A stretch of DNA of 64,000 nucleotides from Minisyncoccia bacterium (GCA_038249055.1 JBBRWS010000001.1:78244-142243), one strand, 5' to 3'; numbered from the stretch's first letter, positions 1-10,215 are shown. The notes: generated by a model from the letters alone, not told the origin. Translations and numbers: made by a program.

Positions 1-76
1 TTATTGGAATTCGATTATAGAAAATATAAGGGGATTTAAGATATTAAATTATTAAATTATAAGTTATAATTTAATA

Positions 77-589
77 ATGGAAAATATTACAGAAAATAGT
101 AGTAATTTAATTATTAACGAAAAGAAAACAAAAAGTCGCGTATCTTTTTATATTGGCTTATTAATTAAGTCTATTATTTTTTTTATTTTTATATTAATTA
201 TATTAAAATCAATATTTCGTCCTACAGGAAGAGAATTTGATGGAATACAATATTTTTATTATTCTTTTATTATAACAATAATTTTATTTTCTATATTTTC
301 AGTTATCTATGAAATTAAAAGATACAATATAAAATTATTAACTGGAAGCAATATAATATCAATTACAAAAATTAGATCTTTATCAATTATAATGTTAATA
401 ATATCTTGTTTATTAATATTAAAGTATTTAGAATCTTCTGTATCAGTAGCCAATTATATTTTGTATCTTTCTGTGTTTCTAAGTTTAATGATTTACTCTT
501 TAACAATATTTAATAAAAAATATGCTAATATATTATTTATTATTAGTTTTCCAATATATATTATTACAATATTAATATCAATATTTTAG
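77..589 (+). CDS. hypothetical polytopic membrane protein (very AT-rich, hydrophobic; may be over-called)
   Basis: 170-aa ORF, multiple hydrophobic helices, no recognisable motif. Confidence 0.3.
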   Translation: MENITENSSNLIINEKKTKSRVSFYIGLLIKSIIFFIFILIILKSIFRPTGREFDGIQYFYYSFIITIILFSIFSVIYEIKRYNIKLLTGSNIISITKIRSLSIIMLIISCLLILKYLESSVSVANYILYLSVFLSLMIYSLTIFNKKYANILFIISFPIYIITILISIF

Positions 590-600
590 ATATTTAAAAT

Positions 601-940
601 GTGTGACCATACAGAGACTATGAGTACATTTATCGGCTACCACGTAGTCACCCAGTAGGTCAATTAACTAATTGAGGTATTTCGCTCTAGTTAGCACTAG
701 AGAACGAAAGATCTTTCTATTCTCCTCACGGTTCGATTGACTAATTGTCTGAAGCACGTGACGAAGGTCACGTGCTTAGGGTCACAAATAAATAATCGAC
801 TTAAGTCGGATTTTATCTGTGAGGGTTCTCGAGATAGAACAAGTTGATACATTGCCCAGTAAAGCTTGTTTTAATAATTTTACTTAAAATTTTTTAGCCT
901 TCTTGTGAGATTATAAAAAGTGGCAGTACTAAGACTATTA
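601..940 (+). repeat. Family A repeat, copy 1 (contains tRNA-Glu 3'-half-like fragments and GC-rich hairpins)
   Basis: about 85% identical over ~230 bp to 17258-17472. Contains GGTTCGATT, TCTG...TAGGGTCAC and the palindrome AAGCACGTGAC-GAAG-GTCACGTGCTT. Its 5' end GTGTGACCATACAGAGA resembles the tRNA-Glu 3' end seen at 39725. Confidence 0.7.
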
Positions 941-1045
941 AAATTATTACAGAATGCTGTATATTTACATTTAGATATGCATTGACATTTCATATTTTTA
1001 TGATATTATTTCAAAAAATGCTATTTAAAAACCAATACATAAAGT

Positions 1046-1861
1046 ATGAATATAAAAGGAACAGGAAACAAGATTTATGCTACTGTAAGACAGCTTGCAT
1101 CAAATCCAAACTTTAATCTCTATGAATGTTTGGAAGGAGAACAGACCTATTTTCTTAAAATTGCCAAAAGCAAAGCTGAAAATGGGACTCTTGAAAAAGA
1201 GGAGTATATCCTAAAAACATTAAAAGAGGTTTCGGACAATGTTGAGATTGAATACGCAAAGAAAAGAACAAGACCGGATTCAGTATTGAACAACCACTTT
1301 TTTTTCCCAGAGATTGTTGATTCATTTATTTGTAAGGAACAGCAAAATCGCAGGGTCCTAATTTTGGGACTCACGAGTGTTTCAAAACAAACTAGTGATT
1401 TAGCACCCATCTCTTTTATTACAAAAAGGGATATGGTTAAAATCGACCCAAAAACAAGTGTTTGGATTCTTGGAAAACTTTTGAAAATGCTTGTTTTTAC
1501 TCACGGTCAAAATGTTTTGGTTCGTGATTTAAGTGCAGACAATATTCTTGTAAATAAAGCACAGCATTATGTTTCAGTTTTAAACTGGGGAGATGCTTTG
1601 ATTTTGAACAGGGAGTTGGAGCAAAAAGAATGCTTAATTGAAATTGTTGGTGTCACCAAGGAAGTTGTAAAACTTTTAGGTGGAAATCCTACGACAGGAG
1701 AAATTCCCGAAGATGAACAAATGGAAGATTCTCGATATCAAGATTTATTAAAAAAATTGATTCGAGGAGAATATCATGATGCTTATCTTGCACACTCTGA
1801 TTTTTATGGAATTGTTAGGTCTATATGGCCGAGTAAATTCCATCCTTATACAACAAAGTAA
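1046..1861 (+). CDS. protein-kinase-like fold protein (atypical, possibly pseudokinase)
   Basis: FLKIAK (beta3 Lys-like) and VRDLSADNILV resembling the HRDLKPENIL catalytic loop but with H->V and K->A. Lies in a locally GC-rich block. Confidence 0.5.
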   Translation: MNIKGTGNKIYATVRQLASNPNFNLYECLEGEQTYFLKIAKSKAENGTLEKEEYILKTLKEVSDNVEIEYAKKRTRPDSVLNNHFFFPEIVDSFICKEQQNRRVLILGLTSVSKQTSDLAPISFITKRDMVKIDPKTSVWILGKLLKMLVFTHGQNVLVRDLSADNILVNKAQHYVSVLNWGDALILNRELEQKECLIEIVGVTKEVVKLLGGNPTTGEIPEDEQMEDSRYQDLLKKLIRGEYHDAYLAHSDFYGIVRSIWPSKFHPYTTK

Positions 1862-1895
1862 ATTTTTTATTTTTTCACAATTAAAATCATTTAAA

Positions 1896-2996
1896 ATGAA
1901 CGACAAAGATGTCTTATCAGACAAGGTTTACAAAGACTTTAAAAGTAATGTAAACACTGATCACGTAACCTCAAAGGCGCAGGAACGTCACGAAAAAGGC
2001 TTAGGCCTTGATCCTCTGGTGGATCCAGCAAGTAATGGCGTCATTAGACGCTCTCTCAACCGCATGGAACCCGAAGGTTTATTATTCAGGCTGGTTATGG
2101 GGATTGCAATGCTTGTCGAAGAGCGACTCGATACAACGGGTTCATTCAAGAGAAATGTTGACATAGCTTTCAGAGTTCTTCCAAGAACATATGAACTTTT
2201 AAGAAAGGTTCTTGGGCGCTATGACCTTCAGATGATCAATGCAATTTTTGCTGATGCTTTGGACGATTACATTCTCTGCCGGTCACATGCCGAAATGGGG
2301 ATAAAGATTGCCGAGCAAATGACGCTTATGGTGCCAGAGGGTGGAGGAAAGGGAAATCACGGAGAAGATCCTCAATATGGATTGTTCGGTGGAGCATATC
2401 TGACAAGTGCAGATATTAATCGCTATGGTTTAAAGTCTTACGACTTTACTGTAACAGATGAGCCTTCTCATGAGCCAGTTCTTAAATCGCAGCTTGAAAG
2501 GGTTTTTGGAAAAGAAGTTTTCGATAAGGTTAAGGAAAACGGTTTTGAAATTGACCCAAACAATCTACCTTCTGTAAAACAGGTGATAGACAAGTTGCTC
2601 GAAAGAGCTCATGCGTTCGTGTTTCTTGTAGACATGGACGGTGAAGCCAATGATTACTGGACTACTGTAATTGCTCAAAACAGGATTATTTACCTGGAAG
2701 ACACCAATTATTTACCCGAAGTAAAAGCTGCAATTATCGGCTTAACTGAAGGAGTTTTGACCCTATCTGATCTGGAAGACTTTTTGGTCAACGAGGCAAA
2801 CGTTTCAAAAGACGTTGCCAAGATGATTAAACGCGCCGTAGCCGGAATTCCAATCGGTGCACAAGCTCTACTTGAAAACTTTGACAAAATCCCACTGAAG
2901 GGTGACTTGTTCAAAGAAAAGAGAGATATATGGCCGACAGATGAAATTCCCGAAGAAGATGGTTCTGAAGAACCTCCTAAAACAGAATGGTTGTAA
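1896..2996 (+). CDS. hypothetical protein (GC-rich block)
   Basis: long ORF. Start moved to the ATG at 1896 to avoid overlap with the upstream gene. No motif recognised. Confidence 0.5.
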   Translation: MNDKDVLSDKVYKDFKSNVNTDHVTSKAQERHEKGLGLDPLVDPASNGVIRRSLNRMEPEGLLFRLVMGIAMLVEERLDTTGSFKRNVDIAFRVLPRTYELLRKVLGRYDLQMINAIFADALDDYILCRSHAEMGIKIAEQMTLMVPEGGGKGNHGEDPQYGLFGGAYLTSADINRYGLKSYDFTVTDEPSHEPVLKSQLERVFGKEVFDKVKENGFEIDPNNLPSVKQVIDKLLERAHAFVFLVDMDGEANDYWTTVIAQNRIIYLEDTNYLPEVKAAIIGLTEGVLTLSDLEDFLVNEANVSKDVAKMIKRAVAGIPIGAQALLENFDKIPLKGDLFKEKRDIWPTDEIPEEDGSEEPPKTEWL

Positions 2997-3003
2997 AACA
3001 TTG

Positions 3004-3038
3004 ATGAGGTGACCTATAAATTATTTAGGTCACCTCAT
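3004..3038. terminator. perfect 12-bp stem-loop between genes (attenuator or terminator-like)
   Basis: ATGAGGTGACCT-loop-AGGTCACCTCAT. Confidence 0.4.
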
Positions 3039-3054
3039 TTAAAAAACTTTACGA

Positions 3055-4458
3055 ATGAAAGAAAAGAAAATCTTTGTGATAGTTGATGTTGGCTTTGGTG
3101 ATAATGTAAAAGGTGGAACAGCACATAAAGTAGGTGTTGTTAAGAAAGCCCATACATTTATCAAAGTCGGTGGGTGCCAATGTAGCCACGGTGTTTTTAC
3201 TTCAGATGGTAAAGAAAATAATTTTCATCATTTTGGATGTGGAACATTTGAAGGCTCAAAAACCTACATTAGCGAGAGAATGGTTATTGAACCATATAGA
3301 TTATTGATTGAAGCAAGTAACTTGCAAGATGAATGGGGAATTCACAACATTTTTGATTATCTAACTATTGATAGAAATTGTCTTTGTGTGACTCCTTTTC
3401 ATACCTTGAGTTCAAGGTTCAGGGAGTTGCTTCGAAAAGATAATCCTAAAGGTATCGTTGGTGTAGGTGTTGGAGAAACACTTCGCGATCAGAAAGATTT
3501 TCCCGATGAAGCAATTTATGCTAAAGATTTAAACAGTCCAAGTCTTAGAAAAAAACTCGAATTAGTAAGAGAAAGAAAGTTTGAAGAATTCAAAAACATA
3601 CTTTCTTATGATTGCAATTTGTTAGATTATTTTCATAAGGCAGATATTGAAAAAGCTTCCGAGTTTATTGATTTATTTCACGACAGTGATTTTATAAATC
3701 GCATCGTTGATGTTTTCAATGAAGTTTACTCAAAAATTACTATTACAGATGAAATTTATTTCAGGAATCTTCTTGAAAAAGATGGAGTCATGGTGATGGA
3801 GAGTTCTCATGGAGTTTTGAATGATAGATTGTACGGTTTCCAACCTCACGTTACTGAATTGCGAATTCTACCTCAGCTCAACATTGAAATGCTAAATAAA
3901 TATGGCTTTTCAGGTGATTTGGTAAAATTAGGAGCTACTCGTGCTTACCAGGTACGACATGGAGCTGGCTCTATTGTTACTTACGATCAAGAGATGACTA
4001 AAAATTTAATTCCAGATGGAAATAAGTTAGACAATCGCTGGCAAGGTAAAGTTCGTGCTGGAGCTCTTGATTTTGTGTCATTACAATACGCTATCGATAT
4101 TTGCGGAGGGCCTGAATTTTTTGATGGGATTTCTGTTAGTTGGCTTGATCAAATAGAACTTTTGAAAAAATGGGACATTTGTGATAGTTACAATGGTAAC
4201 AATGATTTAGATTTTTTCTTGCCAGATGGAAAGATAAAAGTTTATAAGCCAGTAGATGACCAAGCTTTGGTCGAGCATCAAAAGTTGCTAACCATGCAAT
4301 TAGACAGATGCACTCCAAATCTAAAATCCTATGACATCAAAGGGATGTCGAGAGAATTGTTCCTACGTTTATGTTCATCTGTGTTTGAAGAAAAACTGAA
4401 AGTCCCAGTAAAAATGGCGAGTTTTGGTAAGTCCGAAAACGACAGAATACTTATGTAA
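3055..4458 (+). CDS. adenylosuccinate synthetase (PurA)-like protein, highly divergent paralogue
   Basis: collinear with PurA: GDNVKGG vs GDEGKGK, GGCQCSH vs GGHNAGH, GIVGVGVGETLRD vs IGTTGRGIGPAYED, VMVMESSHGVLND vs FVMFEGAQGTLLD, YQVRHGAGS vs YSTRVGAGP. Asp13 and His41 equivalents are kept. The P-loop lysine, Gln224 and the Arg cluster are altered. Confidence 0.6.
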   Translation: MKEKKIFVIVDVGFGDNVKGGTAHKVGVVKKAHTFIKVGGCQCSHGVFTSDGKENNFHHFGCGTFEGSKTYISERMVIEPYRLLIEASNLQDEWGIHNIFDYLTIDRNCLCVTPFHTLSSRFRELLRKDNPKGIVGVGVGETLRDQKDFPDEAIYAKDLNSPSLRKKLELVRERKFEEFKNILSYDCNLLDYFHKADIEKASEFIDLFHDSDFINRIVDVFNEVYSKITITDEIYFRNLLEKDGVMVMESSHGVLNDRLYGFQPHVTELRILPQLNIEMLNKYGFSGDLVKLGATRAYQVRHGAGSIVTYDQEMTKNLIPDGNKLDNRWQGKVRAGALDFVSLQYAIDICGGPEFFDGISVSWLDQIELLKKWDICDSYNGNNDLDFFLPDGKIKVYKPVDDQALVEHQKLLTMQLDRCTPNLKSYDIKGMSRELFLRLCSSVFEEKLKVPVKMASFGKSENDRILM

Positions 4459-4470
4459 ATTGATTAAAAA

Positions 4471-4500
4471 GGTGGAGCTTAGGCTTCACCTTTTTTTTAT
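4471..4500 (+). terminator. rho-independent terminator
   Basis: GGTGGAGC...GCTTCACC hairpin followed by a T-run. Confidence 0.55.
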
Positions 4501-4660
4501 TTTTATCTAAAATCTACCCCTTGACAAAACGGCAGATGTTATATAATATATGCACTAAGATTGAAAGAATTAAGTTCTTCTAAAGTAAATAATTTAAAAA
4601 ACGAAATTACAATAAAAAATTTTGATTTAAACCATTTTTTCTAACTTAAAAAACAAAAAG

Positions 4661-5767
4661 ATGAATGAAGAATTGAAAGCCCTATTGATTGGGTTAGGTC
4701 TTAATGAAGACCAAATTCAGAACCTTGCCAACGAAGGTGTTGTGACCATTGAAGACTTAAAATTGTTTTCAGAGCAGGATATCAAAGAAAAAACTGGAGC
4801 CGGACTTGTTACTGTGAGAAAAATTGTAGCAACTTTGTTTCCAAAGATTGAAAATCCTGTTTCTACCACAGCAATGTCGTTTAGCGCAGATGTTTTGCCG
4901 GAAATACCATCAGAAGAATCATGGCTCAGCGCTTTACGTGCCGGCGGAGTCCTTAAGGTAGAACAATCAACTGTGATTTCTGCAATCAGAGCGGCTCTTG
5001 CCGATAAGGTTGGTCTCTATGATCTTCCTTCAAAAATTGTGAAGGCCATGGAAACTTTCGCTGATGCTAATGCAGAACCGGTTCCTGCAAAAGAATTTTT
5101 TGCAATCAGAAAGCAACTTGTTAGAAAAAGCTATGCTGACATCTTTGAAGCCATTGATGGTCTCGACGGGAGTTTTGTTACTGATGCCAGGAAAAATGCT
5201 TTCCTTAAAAAAGTTGATGAACTTTTGTGGCCTGCGATTGTGTCATTCTATGCTCAGCTTAAAGCTTGGGTTGATGCATGGCAACAAGGAGCTTCTAACC
5301 CGGGAACGATGATGAACATCATGGCTACTGTTATGGCTGGTGGTAAAGTGCCTGCAGGAATGATCTCTGCTCCTCCTGAAACTGGAACACTTCGTGATGA
5401 GGCCGACGCCTTGAACGATGGTATAAACAAAGTTTTTTCTGGAGTAGGTGCCCAGATTGCAGCAGCTTTGGCATATGAAGCATCAAGTATTAAAAAGATG
5501 CTTGAAAATACCCAGCTGCCATCAATGATTGGGGTTGCTAACCGCGAACAAATGTTGAGAACTCTTAAAGCAGATGTTCCCGCTACGTATCCGCGTTTGG
5601 AAACAAACCTCTCTAAATTCGTACTTGGAGTATTGAAAGTAAAAGACATCGCCGATGGTGATGAAGCACTTCAATACTTTACCTCACTTCACATGCTCGG
5701 GGCACAAATTCCCTGGGATAAGCTTGGCAAAGGTAATGCCTCTTTAAACATGGGAAGGCAGTTGTAA
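4661..5767 (+). CDS. hypothetical protein (GC-rich block)
   Basis: 368-aa ORF with coding-like composition, no motif recognised. Confidence 0.55.
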   Translation: MNEELKALLIGLGLNEDQIQNLANEGVVTIEDLKLFSEQDIKEKTGAGLVTVRKIVATLFPKIENPVSTTAMSFSADVLPEIPSEESWLSALRAGGVLKVEQSTVISAIRAALADKVGLYDLPSKIVKAMETFADANAEPVPAKEFFAIRKQLVRKSYADIFEAIDGLDGSFVTDARKNAFLKKVDELLWPAIVSFYAQLKAWVDAWQQGASNPGTMMNIMATVMAGGKVPAGMISAPPETGTLRDEADALNDGINKVFSGVGAQIAAALAYEASSIKKMLENTQLPSMIGVANREQMLRTLKADVPATYPRLETNLSKFVLGVLKVKDIADGDEALQYFTSLHMLGAQIPWDKLGKGNASLNMGRQL

Positions 5768-5791
5768 TCGTTCTTTTAAACAAAAAACAAA

Positions 5792-5826
5792 AAGACTCAC
5801 CATTTTTACGGTGGGTCTTTTTATTT
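5792..5826. terminator. bidirectional terminator between convergent genes
   Basis: AGACTCACC...GGTGGGTCT hairpin flanked by A-run and T-run. Confidence 0.55.
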
Positions 5827-7785
5827 TTCAAGTTGAGGTAAAAATACTTTTGTGATAAATAACTTTGTTGCTAGTCTTCGGTATCCTGAATCCCAGAACA
5901 TACTATTCCCATCAATATCTTTAGAGTTTTTAGTTTTAATTCCTCCTTGTTCCGCATTTAAACGCGCATATCCTTTGTGAAGTAATCTGTATTGGAGAGT
6001 ATCTCTCTCGAGTTCTTTCATCCATATTCTGCGAGCATCTATGTCTGCTATCTTTTTATCTTTAGAATATAAAAATCCTGGAAGTAATTTTTCATATAGT
6101 TCTTTTATTGCTTCTTTTTTACCACACCATGCACCTTCTAGTAGTACGCTTATTGTTGCACTGCTTGCTTGTTTGTCATCGCTATCTTCTAAATCTTGAA
6201 TCTGTAGTTCACCCCCTTCATTTTTTAGCCAAAATTCAAGAGCTTTACCGTTTATTTTTTTTTCTGTAAATGTTTCATTTAGAAGTTTTCTAATATTTGT
6301 TTTTTCATCGTTAGAAACATTTGGTTTAACAAAAATAGCGATATCAGTGTCTGAATTTTTTGTTCCATAACCTTTTATTTTTGAACCATACACTATTGAA
6401 ATAGGGTATATATACTTACTAAGTTCAGTATTATTTTCAATAGATTCGGTTATTTTTGAAATATAGTTTATTTCTTCAATTGTTTCTTGTTTATTATTTG
6501 AAAAAAATGGAGTATCAATTTTTTGTATTTGGATATTATTTTTATCTATATATTTATCGTCTATAATACCAACAGATGCAAATCTTGACCATGTGCCAAT
6601 AAGAGCATCTTCTACTTCTGGTGTACTTTCGTTTTGTAAACTTTGCAATATTGGTTCAAATTTCTCTAATGATTTCTGAGATTCTTCTATATTTGTAGTT
6701 GCCTTATTTTCAATATACTTACGTATACCATCTATTACGATTTGTTTAGATATAGATATTTCGTTTGCTTCCATCCATTTTTGGATATCGTTCAAAGATA
6801 GAGATTCGTTTTCTATGCCCTTAAATAAATTATCGGAATATTTATTTATTAGTTTTTTTAAATTTTCTTGTTTAATCCAAGCCGCTCTTTCTTTTGTAAA
6901 ATTAGAAAATTCTTCCTGTTTGCCATCTGATAGGTTTAAGTCTTTTTCAATTTCATCGTTTATTCCACTTAGCCAATTTTTATCATAATTTTTTTCATCT
7001 ACATTCTCATTATTTATTTTTCCTTCACCAGCTTTTATGATTGGATACATATTTCTAATTAATATTTCTTTTGAATTTAAAATCAATTCAAAATCATTTT
7101 CTGAAATCAAACCCATATCATTTAAGACGGGGAGGGTGTCAGCAATACTATTTTTTAAAACATTGTCGTCACTATCTTCCATTATTTTAATTACTTCAGA
7201 AAAAGGTAGTAGATTCTTCTTCACAATAATCGGTATAAGGTGAGCAGCCTTGTTTACTTTTTCGTGTGGTCCATTTCTTAGCTCTGGTTCAAGTAGGTCA
7301 CCATCTATAAAATTTGCACGAAAATCATTAACAGAAAGAAGTTCTTTCCATTTTTCCATATAAGTAGTAGAGAAATTGTTTATTGATTGTGAGAGTTCTT
7401 TATTTTCAGTTTCAATATCTTTTTGTGGTAAAAGTTCAAAAGGGAAGTATAATACCATTCTATTATTGTAAGGGTCACTTTCGAGTAGCTCTGAAAGCTT
7501 GTTGTACATATCTGTAGCTTTTTCTATAGGTAACAGTTTTTTCTCTAGTATCTCTTCTATCTCCATAGTATATGGAATAGAGGAAAGTGAATCAAAATGA
7601 TTTGATAAATTTTGTCTTAATTGAGCTTGTTCTATTAGTTCTTTGTTGTTATTGATTTCATTAGGCCAAAGAGAATCTTTTTGTCCTGGATATAGTAATG
7701 ATTCTCCTGCTGGAGCTACAATTACATTTTTGGATTCTATAGTTTCAATCTTTATTTGAGGTGGTTTTTGGTCAGGTTTAAACAT
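5821..7785 (-). CDS. nucleotidyltransferase-domain protein (Pol-beta superfamily) with ~450-aa N-terminal region of unknown function
   Basis: GS-x10-DxD motif (YGSKIKGYGTKNSDTDIAIF) in the C-terminal third. Confidence 0.5.
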   Translation of the reverse strand: MFKPDQKPPQIKIETIESKNVIVAPAGESLLYPGQKDSLWPNEINNNKELIEQAQLRQNLSNHFDSLSSIPYTMEIEEILEKKLLPIEKATDMYNKLSELLESDPYNNRMVLYFPFELLPQKDIETENKELSQSINNFSTTYMEKWKELLSVNDFRANFIDGDLLEPELRNGPHEKVNKAAHLIPIIVKKNLLPFSEVIKIMEDSDDNVLKNSIADTLPVLNDMGLISENDFELILNSKEILIRNMYPIIKAGEGKINNENVDEKNYDKNWLSGINDEIEKDLNLSDGKQEEFSNFTKERAAWIKQENLKKLINKYSDNLFKGIENESLSLNDIQKWMEANEISISKQIVIDGIRKYIENKATTNIEESQKSLEKFEPILQSLQNESTPEVEDALIGTWSRFASVGIIDDKYIDKNNIQIQKIDTPFFSNNKQETIEEINYISKITESIENNTELSKYIYPISIVYGSKIKGYGTKNSDTDIAIFVKPNVSNDEKTNIRKLLNETFTEKKINGKALEFWLKNEGGELQIQDLEDSDDKQASSATISVLLEGAWCGKKEAIKELYEKLLPGFLYSKDKKIADIDARRIWMKELERDTLQYRLLHKGYARLNAEQGGIKTKNSKDIDGNSMFWDSGYRRLATKLFITKVFLPQLEK

Positions 7786-7967
7786 AAATTTTATATTGTT
7801 TATTGTTAGATAATAACACTTTGATGTTGTTATTCAAAGCTGGGGTGTGGAGGTATTTTGAAACAATGGATGAGGTTAACAACTAATTTGCTGGAACTCG
7901 ATTATTAATAATATGTTGATTTCTATTCTAATGTGATGTTACTCAAAAATAATGATATAATTACAAA

Positions 7968-8132
7968 ATGCAGGATAAGAATATAATATCTAAAATTAAT
8001 GAAATATACACTAATTTTACAAATAAAATTGGTGATCTTCTTAATAAAAGAAAGGACCTACTTAAAACCTATCGTCAAAAATTAGAAGAAGCTAGAATTA
8101 AAGAAGTCAGGGATTCAATTCTAAAACAATAA
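7968..8132 (+). CDS. small ORF (54 aa) tightly coupled to the downstream gene, not in the ORF track
   Basis: ATG at 7968, stop TAA at 8130-8132, 1 nt before the 8134 start. Basic and helical composition. Confidence 0.25.
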   Translation: MQDKNIISKINEIYTNFTNKIGDLLNKRKDLLKTYRQKLEEARIKEVRDSILKQ

Positions 8133-8133
8133 T

Positions 8134-9537
8134 ATGAAAGAAGGACTATCAAATACAGAAACCCTAGAAGTAAAAGAACAAGTTTCAGCTACTTTAGAAA
8201 ACAAAGAAAGTGGACAAGAATTTGCGAATAAAATACTTGATAAAATAAAGGGATACATGAACTCTTTTCTTTCAAAGAAAGAGGCTATTGAAAAGATTGA
8301 AAGCACTGTTAACTTCGACGACCCAACAATTAAAGAACAAATTAGAAATGAGATTAATTTAGATAATGAACTATCTAATATAGATAATGAAGTTGAAAAA
8401 GTTCAAACTGAAGCTTCTGAAAATGTTAACTCAACTGTTGGTAATTTTAGTAAGGCCTATCATCATCCAGACTATAGAGATAAAGTAGCAAAACAAATAA
8501 TTGAAGCTAGAAACTCTGGGCAAGATGCTGAAGCTGTCAGAAGTGGGTTCTATGATAAGACTGCTTCAGAGAAAGAAAACTTTGAGTCTCAAGAAAAAGA
8601 AAGAAGTGTAGCAGAGATAATGAAGGAGAAGGATATGGTGATTGTTCATGCAATACCATTAACTTCTTTAGATAGAAAAAGCACTCCAGAAAACAATCTA
8701 ATATTAAAATCAAATGGGTATCAAGATTTTAGGACTAGTGTTGAAATTCTTTCTGGTCTTTCTCCAACAATTTCAACATCTATTCCGTCATCAGACAAAA
8801 GCCAAAATGGTTTATATTATCCTAGTGGTGTAATTTTAGGAGAAGGAAAAGTTTTAACTGCTCAGTCAGAAGACTCTGGGTCAGTTGCACATGGTTTATA
8901 TAAGAGAATTCCAAAATTTGGAGCGGAAAACGAAACCGCAATTCAATCAAAAATAGATATTAATAAAACAGCGGAAGAAGGTTCCAGATATAATGAGCTT
9001 ACAGTAGAGAACCCTCAGATTGCTGGTTTGTTTTATGATTTAACTGAAGAAGACTCTGAACTACCATTGGAGAATCCAAAAAAGAATCAATTAATGGAAA
9101 ATATTGTTAATTCTAGTAGAAGAGAGATGAGCCAAGAAGAAATACAAAAAGAAATAAATAAAATTGATGAAAGATGGAATGAATACGTAGAGGGAAAAGA
9201 GAAAGAAAGACAGCAAAAAAAAATTGCACATAAATTTCAGTTGAATACAATGAAAAATTATTCCGAGGAAATGAATGTCCCTCTCTACATTTTTAAGACA
9301 GAGAAAGGGGAGTTAAAAAAATACAAAATAAAATTTTTACCAAAAGAAACCGAAAGTAAAATGATAGAGGAGTCAGACTATGATTTAGAGGAAGTTACAG
9401 CAAAAGATATTTATGAATCAAAAAGGGATGTCTCAGATGAAGAAAGAAAAAAAATGATTGAGGATATTAAAAGTAAGGGTATTTTATCAGACTCGGCAGA
9501 AAAGGAGGTTGGTAAGAAATTTCAAAGGTTAGAATAA
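8134..9537 (+). CDS. hypothetical acidic, K/E-rich protein
   Basis: 467-aa ORF, no motif. Confidence 0.5.
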   Translation: MKEGLSNTETLEVKEQVSATLENKESGQEFANKILDKIKGYMNSFLSKKEAIEKIESTVNFDDPTIKEQIRNEINLDNELSNIDNEVEKVQTEASENVNSTVGNFSKAYHHPDYRDKVAKQIIEARNSGQDAEAVRSGFYDKTASEKENFESQEKERSVAEIMKEKDMVIVHAIPLTSLDRKSTPENNLILKSNGYQDFRTSVEILSGLSPTISTSIPSSDKSQNGLYYPSGVILGEGKVLTAQSEDSGSVAHGLYKRIPKFGAENETAIQSKIDINKTAEEGSRYNELTVENPQIAGLFYDLTEEDSELPLENPKKNQLMENIVNSSRREMSQEEIQKEINKIDERWNEYVEGKEKERQQKKIAHKFQLNTMKNYSEEMNVPLYIFKTEKGELKKYKIKFLPKETESKMIEESDYDLEEVTAKDIYESKRDVSDEERKKMIEDIKSKGILSDSAEKEVGKKFQRLE

Positions 9538-9540
9538 AAT

Positions 9541-9720
9541 TAGAAAAGTCTTTCGATTTTTTGACAAACATGACGTAGGTAATGTGCTTAGGGTCACGCA
9601 AAAAAAGAGACTCACTTTCGTGAGTCTCTTTTCTCAACGCGTGAGCCCAGTAGAAATTCGATTGGAATAAAATTTATAAATAAAAATGACCCTAAACTTT
9701 CGTTTGTAGGGTCATTCTTT
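9541..9720 (+). repeat. Family A repeat, partial copy, with two terminator-like hairpins
   Basis: TCTTTCGATTTTTTGACA...GACGTAGG...GTGCTTAGGGTCAC shared with copies at 601 and 17128. Hairpins AGAGACTCAC/GTGAGTCTCT and AATGACCCTA.../TAGGGTCATT. Confidence 0.55.
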
Positions 9721-10215
9721 TATTATTCCAAATCCATGAAAATCTAATATTTCTTGGGTTTGGTCATTACCATAATCAAGCATTTTTATTAAACCATTAA
9801 ATTCACAAAAATTCTCTGGTTTGAGAAAATCAATACTCTTTATTTCTCTTTTGATAATTTTCTTTAGAAATTTTACCCATCGAGGATTAGAAGAGTTAAA
9901 AACATTACCCCTTGGTTGAATTATTATATAACCAAATAAGAATGCTTTTATTACTGGCAATAATGTTTCTTCTTCTTGATGTTTCTTAAAATACAGATAC
10001 TCTCTTCTGTTTGAAGATAATATATGAAAGATATAAAAAGGAATAGATAATATTTTATTTTTACCATAACGATTAGCTTTCTCATTAAAAATACCTTCAT
10101 CTTTATATTTTAAAAAACATTTAATAAGCAGAACAAAATTTATCCACGGAATTTTGATAGCATAGTCTCCATGTATGAAGACCAGTCTGCTCAATCCTTG
10201 AGTAATAATCTTCAT
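9712..10215 (-). CDS. hypothetical protein
   Basis: 167-aa ORF. Confidence 0.4.
   Translation of the reverse strand: MKIITQGLSRLVFIHGDYAIKIPWINFVLLIKCFLKYKDEGIFNEKANRYGKNKILSIPFYIFHILSSNRREYLYFKKHQEEETLLPVIKAFLFGYIIIQPRGNVFNSSNPRWVKFLKKIIKREIKSIDFLKPENFCEFNGLIKMLDYGNDQTQEILDFHGFGIIKE

Noticed and set aside
601-940. Family A repeat as a tmRNA, tRNA or other structured RNA gene
   Set aside because: It contains a T-loop and acceptor 3'-strand-like sequence, but the complementary T-stem and acceptor 5' strand are missing. No cloverleaf can be drawn, so it looks like decayed tRNA-derived sequence rather than a functional RNA gene.
1776-1895. Long N-terminal extension of the 1776-2996 ORF overlapping the kinase-like gene
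   Set aside because: Hydrophobic, AT-rich extension overlapping the upstream gene by 86 nt. The internal ATG at 1896, just after the upstream stop, is the more plausible start.
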